DNA of 64,000 bases, taken from positions 1 through 64,000 of the forward strand of contig NMRA01000947.1 of NCBI GenBank assembly GCA_002633005.1, written 5' to 3'. The stretch's first letter is position 1; every line of letters starts with the position of its first letter. Source of the stretch: Phoronis australis. Its lineage: Eukaryota > Animalia > Phoronida. The position numbers and the translations under genes are program-made. The notes under the pieces were generated by a model, which saw only the letters and a program-made list of their open reading frames with translations, did no database searches and was not told where the DNA came from. Below are positions 52,470 through 64,000 of the stretch, piece by piece.

Positions 52470-52824
52470 ATGCGTTTACGAAAAATTCCATTTGGATTTC
52501 CCATTGGATTTCACTTTGGTCTTCAGGAAATCCCATAGGAATTCCTATAGGATTTCATATAGGAAATCCAATAGGAGTCCAATTGGATTTTGGTCTAATA
52601 TCCTATAGGATTCTTAAAATATTGCTATAGGATCCTATAGGATTTCCCATAGGAATTGTATAGGATTTTCTGTTGGATCCTATAGGATTTCTAATAGGAA
52701 AAATCCTATAGGAATTCCTATAGGAAATTTTGATCTTTTAGGAATTCCTATAGGAAATCTTTCTTATAAGATCCAATAGGATTTCCTAGGATCGTTAGGT
52801 TCCTACTGAATATTTTTGTATGGG
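52470..52824. mobile_element. ataggaattcctat-array MITE ending ttttgtatggg (CACTA-like), nested; partial relative at ~51470-51572
   Basis: Dense palindromic cctatagg repeats. Confidence 0.6.
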
Positions 52825-53625
52825 AGTTGCTTCCTTAATTGCGAAATCGCACACATACCTTCAGTTATCATAAGGCCCACCCAATTTTTACTGTTATGTC
52901 ACTTATGCAAAATCACGTGCAGCCTATTTGTAAATTGAACCAAATTTCTCAGAAATATCCGTGACAACGTTTTCCCGTTTACTCCAGTGACTTTAACAGA
53001 CGCAGGGGGTTCTGAGCGTGTTAACTGCCAACTCAGCACAGTGTTTTGTTAGTTATGACAACAGGCGGGCGAACTACATGTACATGTATATATCTACCAG
53101 GCTTATTACAGACCAAGTGTGAACACCGTCAAACCCAGAGTGAATTGGCACATTCGGAAAGCCTAGAGAATAGATTATCGTAACTTTGGTTGCAGTTGGT
53201 CGATTTTGGCGATTCAAAAAATAAACATGATCACCATTTGACGCGGATTTCAGAAATGCTATTGGTTCATGTTCAAATATGTTATAACTTAGCTTTTATT
53301 TTTAACAGCACAGCCTAGTCAGGCTAGATAAGATCTTATTGAAGATAAGAGCAATTATCGAACAAAAGAGAGCTGGCCTCCAACCACGAATGCCAGAATG
53401 GAGTTACTCAGTCGTGTAAAAAGATATTGGCTACAGGGGTAAACTTCCCAACTTGTTGTTGGGCCATTGAATCGAACAAGTTGGGAGCAACGTAAAAACG
53501 CCGTAAAGACCACTACCAAGGATCATGATGTATTCCCCTTAAAAGTAGGCCGTACATGGCGATATCTCGCAGTGGCTTGAGTGGTCTTGGTCTCTCGCAA
53601 GAAACGTGGACTAGGTTAAATGTAT

Positions 53626-54106
53626 GGGCCGTTGGGGGGAAAGTGTTGCCGGAAAAATACGCCCTTATTTACGCCGTTAATTACGCCGTAAAATTACGAG
53701 CGTAATGTAATTTTTACGGTGTAAAATTACGCTCGTAATTTACAGTTTAAACTCTTAGCCGATAACGTTGGGTTTTACAATCCACGGTCGCGCGTGCTCA
53801 TGGAAATACTTATTTACTGGCGGGTTACATGTCTACGATACGAGCCCTGAATCATGGCGGATCAAATCGCTTCTGCAATGTCAGCGATTGTGCAAGAACG
53901 AGCTGCCTAGCAACAGTAGTTTATGTTAGGTCAACACTGACTGGTTTAAATTTGGAACGTTCTTAAGGTATTTTACGAGCGTAATTTACGGCGTCATTTC
54001 CCCCATTTAATTTACAAGCGTAATTGTACGGCGACACTCCTGCAATTTAATTTACGCTCGTAATTACGAGCGTAATTTTACGGCGACACTTTCCCCTCAA
54101 CGGCCC
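53626..54106. mobile_element. ~480-bp MITE with gggccgttg(g/a)ggggaaagtgt TIRs, nested
   Basis: Inverted termini and internal ttacgagcgtaa repeats. Confidence 0.7.
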
Positions 54107-55840
54107 ACCATACTATTAAATGGGGACAGGGCATGTTCATCCTGAAATCGTATAAAACTCTTACCGTGAGTATTCGAACGGTTTTACCGTAATAAACCAT
54201 AAAAGTTTACTGACTTGTCGATTTGTAAAAAATTAACAGTTTTATTTTGTTTGTTAGACATCCCCATGATCTCTTCCTAACATACATTAACATGGCAAAT
54301 TGAAATAATTACATGAAACAAAAGAATTAAATACTTATTAGAAGTAGAATAAAAACAACATGTACATTAAAGGATAATAACATAAAGTTATGTCCATGGT
54401 GCTTCATGCAAAATAAGAAAACTGATTTAGATAAGACAAATCTGAAATTACAGTCAATTTTAAGACAAAACTTATATTTGTCTCAAGTCTATTTCAAAAA
54501 AGTTTTACTTAAGTTTGTGGCTTTAGTTTTGTCTTAATTTTGACTCTTGCGACCGGACGTGGAAGTTTCAATGTTTGGAACTTGAGACAAAAGTTAGACT
54601 TAAGTCAAGAATGAACTTTATTGTCAATCTCCTGGACCGAGCCCTTGATTTAAAACCATTAGAAAGGCCAGAATACCAAGAACAAGCACGATCCACAATG
54701 GTATTGAAAAAGTGCAGAGACAAGAAATACGAAATGTAAAACAATATTACTACAGGTAAATAATGAACTAAATAAAACGCAAGGATGGAAATGACATGAA
54801 TGATGACATTAAATGAATAAATAAATAGTTAAGCAAATAACCTAACTGCGAAGTTTGGGTCAGTATCCTTATAGGGTGTAAGCGTGATTTCGCAGTTAAG
54901 TAGACTTACCGTAACTGTGAAGTTTTGGTCGTATCGTAATAGGGTGTGTTTGCCATTTCACAGGTAGTGACACAACTGTGAAATTTTGTTCGGTATCCAT
55001 ATAAATTTTATTCCGAGAAAGTTGACTGCAAAATTAGACCTTCCTCTATATACTAGATAGATATCTACAAAATTTGCAATTGTGTATTGACCCTACCAAA
55101 CAGGAAATTTTCAAGTTTCTGCTTCTATAATACATGTGTTCTGAAATCTCATTTGGTCAAATCCTTACACTTAATCCCAACTCTAAACCTAACCCAAACC
55201 CCAACTCTAACCGTAACCTTAGTAACCTAAAGGTATATATTCCTGGGGCAACATGGCGATGCTCCCGTCACCTTCATACATGTACGCCAGAAGGTTTTCA
55301 TCGAATTATGCCTCACATTGATTAAACCATCAAAGTCACGTTGCTATGAAGTACCTCAAATTTTGCGCATAGAGGGCCACCTCAGGAGGCCAATTAATCT
55401 ATGCTTCCAACAAAAACTGCCATAATCAAACTTTTTTTTCGAGCAGTTCTTCATTCAGTTGCCCAAATCAGCAACTGCATTTTTACACTGCATGTACCTG
55501 GGGATATGATGTCTCATAATTCACCCAAAAGCGTTCTGGCGTATGAAGGTTCGTCCTATGGGAGCATCATCTCTACTGCTATATAGAGGCATTGGCACTG
55601 TCTATAATTATAATGATTGGATTGTAATGAGATTCCAATGATATTCTAGAGTGAGAATGCACTGAGAATCTAATTTGCATTGCATTCCCTGACACAGTGA
55701 GAATTCGTCTTACTGAAAATCTCAGAAATCACCCTTTAGTGTAATTTTCTGTGACTTGGCTAACTACAATATTTACATTGTTTTGGTTGGTAAAGTTAAG
55801 TTGTATTTTTCACTTTTTAGTGAGATTCATACAATTCCAA

Positions 55841-55898
55841 ATGAATGATAAGGAGCCAATTTTGTCCCAGCCTGTGGGACACAACAACTTTCAGCCAG
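55841..55898 (+). CDS. PLSCR: Scramblase copy 2 exon 1 ([19 protein letters not shown])
   Basis: Homologous to 30164-30221; donor gtaagc. Confidence 0.8.
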
Positions 55899-58800
55899 GT
55901 AAGCCAGCACTATAGAATACAGTTATGGTCCACTTCGGTACTTATTAAGAAGTGCAGCTTTCTGACAGCTGGACAAATAAAGCTAATTTCAGAGGCAATT
56001 GTATCGTCTAGTGCCTGCACATGGTTGTTTTTTGTCTGTAGCTATGTGCCAGCTAACAAGATGAGAGAACAGTATCCTGTTGTATTAACAGCAATGATGA
56101 GTTGAATCTTCACATAATGCTTTCTAAGTAGTTTGAAATGTACTATACACGTATAATCTAACTGGCTATTTACCTCAGCCTTTGGCTGTATTAGACATTA
56201 TGCAAACTCTCCACTCATTTAACACGCACCTCATTTTGCTCACCAAAAATTATTATTGAAAAATAATTTTCTCCTTATTTTGCGTGTATGTACTTGAAGC
56301 GAATTTCTTACCTGGCGTAATTTCCACACATTTTCTTGATATCCATTAATAGGCCAAAACTATGGGACCTTATCAACAATTAAGTCTGTACATTTTGCCA
56401 AAAATGTATTAAACAATTTAATTCAACAAACGTATATGATGTTATGAAAGTAGGAATTCTGTAGAATTTGATACCATTCTGCCACTAATGAGGTTACATT
56501 AATACCTTGCTTTTTGAAAAAAATAGCAAAAAGGAAAGATGCATTCACACCAAAACTATGCTATCAATAACGAAGCCAAATTTCATATGATGGAATTGTT
56601 CAAGATAAAATCTCTAAAACGCTGTTGCAGTTCTCTAATTAATGGTTTTGTTTTGTTTTTATGCAACTCATGTATTTAATTCGTCAAAATCACAGGTTTT
56701 CCTTTTTGAGATACGTTGTTCCAAAGTTGGACAAAATGGACAATTTTCTAGGGTGTTTACCTTAATTCATCCATTTATAATGGATACTGTTTACATGATG
56801 GTGGAAGGGGTGACCTTCATTGAGTGTCGTGTCTCTCAGAGTCATGTGCTCAAATAACGGTTTCACCAATGGTGGGAAAGCACTGTTTTGTTAGAACAAG
56901 ATGAATTAACTTAATGATTATGAATTGGGTGGTGTTAGCAACCTGAAGACCACGCACAGGCTAGTGAGGATTCTTGGTTAATCAGTCAATTTGACTCACT
57001 AGTCAAGTACGAAGTTTATAATCAGTTTATTTAATCAATTTATATGTAATAAAGGCCATAGCCCACTCTACTAAAGAACAACATGTAACATACTACTTAA
57101 GGGTGCAGCGCAAGCTATCAGAGAGTCGAAAAGCAAAAGTTTATTCAGCACACCCTGATTATTTAATCAAGAAAATCTTTAATTTCTCGTTTGTGCCCAA
57201 GTGAAGAGTTCAGTGCTGGTTTCGATTTCCTCTTAGTTGATATCCAGTTTCCTCTATTTTGTCTCTTTATATCATTAAATGTGACTTTATGTGTTTCTAT
57301 CACATGAAGCCTATTAATTTGTAGAATGATACGCCAACTAGAATTGCTTTCCTTTTTTGTCATTGGTCATCCCAAGCCTTGAGAATTAGTTTAGTCCACA
57401 GTTACAATAAGCATAAAACTGGTATTGACCTCTCCCTTACTAAGACGAGGGATCGTTTTCTGAGCTTAAGAACGACAGTTAAGTGCTTGAGACATACAGT
57501 GTAAAACACACAATGAACAGTTCATATTACTACATAAGCCTTATATCAAACAATAAGTAAACGAACTGTCACCCCTTCCATCTGGCCCAGTGTAGACATG
57601 ATATAGCTGTTCCTGTTACTCTGGCTCTGTGTAGACAATAGCTGTTCGTATTCATCAAATGGCAGTAACTGAATGCTATAGCTTTTTGGTATAATGAGGC
57701 ATATGAATGGCAGAGCTGTTTTTTTCACAGACCCTGTTAAATCTATATTTCAAAGTAATCCCCATGCATACGCTACCCTCTCACAACAGTAAGTTTCATA
57801 CGTCACAAGATAATTGTTTTTATCTTAGGTTCACAATAATCTCTAACCCATATGCTTCATGTTTTGAGTTTGTGTACTTGGATCAGTTAGATAATGGCCA
57901 TGTGCAAGTGGCTGAGATGAGTGTTTAATCACAGAACAAGTACAATGGATGGAGAGGCCTACAGCTGCTCCTGGGTGTCCTCCGGGTTTGGAATACCTGA
58001 CCTTAGTTGACCAGCTCCTGATTCACCAGCAGGTGGAGCTGATGCAAGGTAAAGCACTGGCTCGGTGACGGAAAAGTTTTGGAAAACAAGCGTAATCGAT
58101 ATCTCAATCTCCAGGCCAACTGAAAATTTACAATCTTGGTGTTTTGTTTTGGATCACAAAACAATGTAACAACGTCTGATTGACAGTGCTATGACGCATG
58201 TATAGCTTGTATTAATTTACTTTTTACCAAAAATAATGAGTAAACGAATAGTTTATGCCCGGCACAGAATGTCGTTAATTATTGTCAACTGACCCAGTAA
58301 ACATGACAATATTGGCCCAGTACTGGATTTCTGTTGCTTGATAACGCGTGTACCGTATACCGGTTTACGTTTCTGGGCCACAAATGGCCCAGTACCGTCC
58401 CCACGACACTAACCCAGTGAACTTTCTCTTAGCGGCTCGCCGGTATTGGACCGGTAAACACAGACTTGAACACAAGAGGGCAGTTAGAGGCTTGCCCACA
58501 GGAAGGCTGAAACTTTTGACTTTTTTGAAAAAATCAGATGTGTGACAATAAAACTTTTCAATTTTCATAAAAAATTAATTACCAGCAGCTGTATTACAGT
58601 GTAATTTTATTTTTTAAAGAAAACCTTCCACCAGATGACCTTCATGAAAAAACCCGCCATTTTGAAATTTCCGTTGAAGAACACTTGAGTTGTTTAGAGT
58701 TTGAAACCAACGTGTGTAACAGAATAGTGAAGGATTTTCACAGTGAACTTCAGATTTCAGGTAAGTTTCATATTTTTTCGCTTTGCATGCCATGCCAGTG

Positions 58801-61800
58801 TCTGTAAGAGTAAACAAAACATGATTTATACCACAGACGTTCTCAGCTTCTGATCGTCGCCAATGCGGCCAATGGCCAATACAAATTGGGCACACAATAT
58901 ACTACAAGATATGACACTCGGGATTCGCCCATATCAAACACAAAACTCAACAAATGTACACAAAACAGGGGTCCAACAAATCACGAGCATAAATAAAAAT
59001 ATTTCCAGGTGATCAGTGCAATGGGCCCACATGCGAGGCCTGCGCACGTCTGGTACGTGTATCAGACCGCCTGCAATTATTTTATATTCATTATAAACCA
59101 CGAGCAATATATCTTTCTCTTGGTAGTGAACCACCCGTAGAATTCCTTGTCCCGAGTGTCATACCTTGTAGTATTATATACTCTGGAGTTCCGAATAGTA
59201 GTAGAGACAGCAATAATAGTGTAGACTGGAAAATTTCACGATTTTTAATAATAGTAGAGACTCTAATAATAGTATAGACCCAACATTTTTGCCACTAGAA
59301 AAGTAGAATAATAGTATAGACCGGAAATTTGTCGGAAAAAATTAATAATAGTATAGAATGGAATAATGGTATAGACGGCAAATTTGTGGAAATTTAAACA
59401 TAGTATAGACTGGAATAATAATATTGCTTACAAATTTAGGTAAAACCTAATAATGATATAGAAGGGAATAATAATGCAAAACAGCAAATTCTAGGGAATA
59501 ATGATATAGATGGGAAATTTGTGGAAAATTTTGACTGGAATAACATTGATTACAAATTTGCGTAAAATCAAGTAACGGCAGATGGAAATAATAGGAAGTG
59601 CAAAATCTAATGATATAGATAGGAATAATAGTGCAAAGAAGCAAATTCTGTCTGTCTTACCACCGCTTTAAGTAATTGTTTCAAAGAAAAAATTTTAAAC
59701 TGAACATTAGCATTGTTTAATTGCTGCAGTGGTGTATCCACCCATGCCATAACATAGTACAGTGAAGTGGAATAAAAGCGTCATTGCTAAAACAAAGACC
59801 ATTCGTTTATTCAATAACTTTAAATGGAAGTCTAAATAGACGTGTTTCAAACAGTAAGCGGTATCATTTTACTCAAAACGAATGACATTCATACTAGAGA
59901 TGACAATGTTGACTTAGTCCAAAAACTAACAAGGAGGTAAAGATTTCAGAAGGAACATCCAGTCTTCCACGAAGCCGACAGTCTGAATAAAGACAATAAA
60001 GTGTCTTGGTCAAACGATTCCCATTTTTATCATAAATGTTCCTGACATTCGAGCCTTTGTTTTCTCTCAATCTCATGTCTTGAACAGTCAATACCCTCGT
60101 AATGTTAGTCAGAATTCGACGTCAAAAAGTCTGTAGGCTACATCCAAAATTTTACACGGCCAGAAATTGAGATTTCTCGCAGAATTGCCCAACATTCAAG
60201 TCCACGACCACGACTACGTCAACCATCTTGAATATCTAATTAGGTATAAATAATAAACAAACCGATTCACGTGCGTTTTTCCATTTATTTGGATGGGAGA
60301 GCAAGTAGAAATCAATTTCAATAGATATCGACTGGATTGTCGAACGTTAGCAACTATGTCATTTTCAAGATTGTCAGAAGTCCATTCTTCCTGTTCACAA
60401 AAACAATCTGTTCTCAAGTTTGGAGCGAATTGTAAAAATGCCGATGTCCTATGACGTCGGCAACTTGTTGGTACTTTGTTGACTGAAAGGTTCGGCACCG
60501 TTCATTAATTGCACGGGTATTTGCGCTTGGTTGACTGGCCGCGTTATCACCACGTTACGTATCTGTAGCTGGATTATTTGTCTTCTGCTAGCACCTAAAT
60601 CAATGTCAGTTTCTGGAACATCTCTCGTTTTGTAAAATAATCCTCGAATTCTTTAGGCCTTTGTGCGGCAGATGACATGATTAAGTATGTAGAATGCACA
60701 TGTCAATACGGAAACCGCAGATGACACTGGCTGTGCAAAATCCCGGAATTACTCCCCCCAGAAACGCAAACTTTGGGGATAGACACAGTGAAGAGGTGTA
60801 ATGGCTTGCCAGTTTTTCACAGGGTGCAATCACAAATATTGGATCAGCCAAAGAAACTCGTCGAAAGCGTTTTTTTTGATACGTATGTTGAGCTGCCGGT
60901 AACACCGATCTGTGTCACGGGGCGCGCGGAATATTGAAAAAGGCACTTTTTGTGTATTAAATTTCTCATTTCTGTAATTACTGATCCCCTTTTTCTTTGA
61001 GCGACTGACGACCAGCCGTTAATATTGAGAAAGTGGTCATCATTTCAAGCTTTTTTAAATTTTGCCGACACAGATCCCGTCGAACCCGTCGAAAATAACA
61101 TTCTGGCCGTCCAACCATAGATACTCGTCTATGGTCCAACAGACGGTCGCTGCGTAAACCCTTGCTTGGGAGTCCGATTATTTTACGCTTCGAAACACAC
61201 AGTTGTATATTTTAGGGAATAAAATTTTTAATATGTATGACATGTGACTTCCGTGTATAACGCGGAGTGGTATGTAGCTCTTCTAAATTACGAGCTCTGA
61301 CCAGAGTGTCTGGTGGTCTAGAGGTTTAGAGCAAATTAACTTGTTTTATGACCAAGGTACGATACCCGGTGTCCGCAGCGAAGTTTTTGTGCACCAGATT
61401 TGTATTGAATGAAACAAAAATTTGAGCTTGCTGAATTAAATAATCGTGTATAGTGGCAAAAGGTTAGAAAATTAATAAACGTAGAGACCCGAATAAGCGC
61501 CATATAGACTGGAAAACGAGTCTGAAAAAAATAATCGTATAGATACGACTATTCGGAACTCGAGAGTATTTAGCGCACAATATTGCTGACAAGTGAAATT
61601 CTGTCATTAATTTTGTCTACAAAATTAAAGATTCCGAACATGTTACTCTGGCGTGCATTGTGTGGGTGTCATAAAACAGCTTATGTCGAAGTTCCCGTTA
61701 TTTGTGCAAAGGTTAATGTTAGTCTGTGAAAAGTGGAAAAAAAGTCCATTTTGACAAATGTTTATGTGCAAAGTAAGTGAAGAACCACCATATGAGACAA

Positions 61801-63078
61801 CGTGCAAATTACTACTGACTAGTAGAGAGACATCCAGTGATAGAAATGAACTACCACAACTGAAGGTTGAAAGCCCCTAATGTTCCTATTCAAGTTGTTC
61901 CCAGCATGTAACTCACTGCTGTGTAAGGCTTCATGGATTAAAACTGGTTAGTTCTATTCACATCATGGTCCAGAATGTTTACATCTCATTAAGTGTAATG
62001 CAATGGTTTGATTCTATGAAGTGATTGAATAAGGAACTGTTGGCATCTTTGGAAAGTTTGGTTATTCTGATATTAAGAATTCTTGTTGCCATACCAACGT
62101 AAAATTCATTGCAGTTCTTTGCAATTGATCTTATAGACAGCATTACTATTTTGCTTAGTTGTCAAAGGAAACTTTTGTGTCTTCGACAAGGTGTAAAAGC
62201 AGCAATTAAGTGAACTGATAGTTCATTTAATAACCTAATGAGATTTCTGTGCAAGGCTATGAAGCACATGTATAGGGTAGGGAGATAATATTGTGCTAGA
62301 ATTACATTTTTTAAGATTGAGTGACGTGAAGAAAATGAGCAAAAAAGCCAGTACTCATACGGGTGCATATGTGCGTNNNNNNNNNNNNNNNNNNNNNNNN
62401 NNNNNNNNNNNNNNNNNNNNNNNNNNNNNNNNNNNNNNNNNCCTTTACTGGCTCGATACCGCAATCTTGTATCGGGGCCAATACGGGGAAGGTGTGCAGA
62501 ATGTTATTGGGCCAGTACTGGCCTACATCATTGGGCCAATACAGAAGACATTTCAGGGCCAGTATTGGCCCAGTACCTGCATGTTTACTGGGGAAGAATG
62601 GTTTTTAGTTTTAATTGAGTGTAACGAGGTCCTGTGACTGTGACATGTTTAAAACCTATGTAACTTTGCATTTCACATGACTTTGTATCTTCGAAGCGAC
62701 TGCTCAAAATTTCAGATGGAACTTTCTAGTTGTGTGATGCAGGGCTTGATTTGGCAGTTTGCATGTTGACAAAGCGATTTCCTACTTTGTTTGGCGACCT
62801 GGTAAAAGTCACAGGACACCATGGAGTTATTTTCACTCGCATATCCGAGCTCTCGCTCAAAATATTGCAGGAAAAAAGCAGATGGAATTTGGGATCAATG
62901 GGAAACATTTTGTAAAATATGTTGTATTGTATTGATCAATACCATGACCGTGACTGAGACAAATTTGTACTGTAATTGATGATTTTATTGTCTATTTCAG
63001 TTTTGACTGGCTGGGAAGTGAACAACAGATATGCAATTAAGAATTCCATGGGACAGCAAGTTTACTTTGCCATTGAAG
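55841..63078 (+). CDS. PLSCR: Phospholipid scramblase family gene, copy 2, 5' part only: join(55841-55898,57935-58048,63001-63078); continues beyond the window
   Basis: Same exon lengths (58, 114, 78) and phases as copy 1; no stops. Confidence 0.9.
57935..58048 (+). CDS. PLSCR: Scramblase copy 2 exon 2 ([37 protein letters not shown])
   Basis: cacag| ... |gtaaag. Confidence 0.95.
58899..59174. mobile_element. Nested MITE with 25-bp inverted ends
   Basis: atactacaagatatgacactcggga / tcccgagtgtcataccttgtagtat. Confidence 0.75.
59181..61566. mobile_element. 2.4-kb TA-target TIR element (Tc1/mariner-like target), nested, no intact transposase
   Basis: ta|ctctggagttccgaatagt ... actattcggaactcgagag|ta; aataatagtatagac subterminal repeats. 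Confidence 0.75.
61116..61133. mobile_element. 18-bp CATAGA...TCTATG remnant with 7-bp TSD gtccaac
   Basis: gtccaac-catagatactcgtctatg-gtccaac. Confidence 0.75.
63001..63078 (+). CDS. PLSCR: Scramblase copy 2 exon 3 ([26 protein letters not shown])
   Basis: tttcag| ... |gtatgt. Confidence 0.95.
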
Positions 63079-63397
63079 GTATGTAGCCACCATTATCTAC
63101 GCCAGGCGGGCGTCCTAGTCTGTTTGAAAGGGGGAACGAACTTGAATTGATGCTGACAGGCATTTTTATGGGCTCACATATTTATATGTGGTAAAATTTT
63201 GCCGTCATCTCTGTCCGTCATCCGGCCAGCGTCCTCTAGCTGCTGTATCTCCAAATGAAACTCTTCATGAAAATTGGAAAATTTGCAGATATGTTTCTTT
63301 CGTGGATGGGATGGCATCAGCGGTTGGATTCAACCATTGTTATGCCCCCTATTGGCAATTTTAGTTTTGAGCATGGTTTAAGATTGGGAGCGGGACA

Positions 63398-63737
63398 ATG
63401 TCAACGAGCCAATCGAGGTATGCAGCAAGGACATCTGTTGTCGAAAATTATGATTCTATTTTTGGAACGCTGGGGATTCCTAGACGCTCTTTTTACCAAG
63501 AAGATACGAAAGACAAAAGCGCGCGGTTTCCAATATTCGACCAGCTGGAATGTGACGATGAGATTGAAGAAAACGAATGGGTGAAATATTTTAAAAAACA
63601 CTGGGGCGAATTTCATGGTTATGTAGAAAATTACGAAGCAGCATGTGACTTGGTAAAAGATTTTGAAGTAGAGACATCGACCAGCTATACGGCTGTCAAG
63701 AGCACTCGGAAATTTGGACAGTATGAACTCCGTGATG
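63398..63737 (+). other. Exon-like ORF fragment, probably transposon-derived, inside intron 3 of scramblase copy 2
   Basis: 113 open codons from ATG with protein-like composition, ending at a G|gtgagt donor; interrupts the HINE-like repeat. Confidence 0.4.
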
Positions 63738-64000
63738 GTGAGTTGTGCTGCATACAATTATTCATTGGTAGCTATAAAATTGAACTCCAAGATTTCATCA
63801 CCACTAGATACCTCGACGCCAGTATTTGTTGCTATTACGCTATTCACTTGGTGACTCGATGACTGGGACAGCCTGAGTGAAAACGAGCAATGAACTAAGT
63901 GAATAGCGTAAATAGCAACAAATGCCCCCTAGTGGCGGTTTTTTTTTCCAGCTGTTTATCACTGCTTAATCTCTGTAAAATTTAGCAAGTGTATTTTTAT

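Larger units (their letters stand above)
51956..55093. mobile_element. 3.1-kb composite Mutator-like insertion with 9-bp TSD
   Basis: gggt...accc ends; TSD tatcaaaca / taccaaaca; inverted ~60-bp subterminal tandem repeats (52190-52950 versus 54840-55000); empty site at ~27617 and ~24187. Confidence 0.7.
58293..62592. mobile_element. ~4.3-kb CACTA/EnSpm-like (CMC) element with 2-bp TSD, in intron 2 of copy 2 (contains an N-gap)
   Basis: TIR cccagtaaacatg / catgtttactggg; TSD ga; ggcccagtactgg subterminal repeats; empty site in copy 1 at ~32245 (aactga|ataatggtttttag). Confidence 0.8.

Noticed and set aside
55170-55232. aacccY repeats resembling telomere sequence
   Set aside because: Short, degenerate and interstitial; common in repeat tails

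Overview
Eukaryotic, AT-rich, repeat-dense genomic DNA with GT-AG introns and three N-gaps. A marine invertebrate source is an inference. The only recognisable host genes are two tandem phospholipid scramblase (PLSCR family) paralogues on the + strand. One is complete, with 9 coding exons (ATG 30164 to TAA 45097, 259 aa, all splice phases consistent). The second has its first three coding exons at 55841-63078 and runs off the window end. The rest is a mosaic of mostly non-autonomous or decayed transposons. These include a Penelope-like fragment with GIY-YIG ORF, inverted terminal repeat and minimal hammerhead ribozyme; 5-bp-TSD hAT5-like MITEs; 7-bp-TSD CATAGA (P-like) elements; and CACTA-like, Mutator-like and TA-target elements. 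Helentron-associated (HINE/DINE-1-like) repeats, LINE remnants and SINE-like pieces are also present. A ~3.3-kb near-identical tandem duplication straddles a gap and is probably an uncollapsed haplotype. Most ORFs in the supplied track are spurious. I found no CRISPR array or prokaryotic system, and no clearly novel multi-gene system. All alignments and counts were done by eye.
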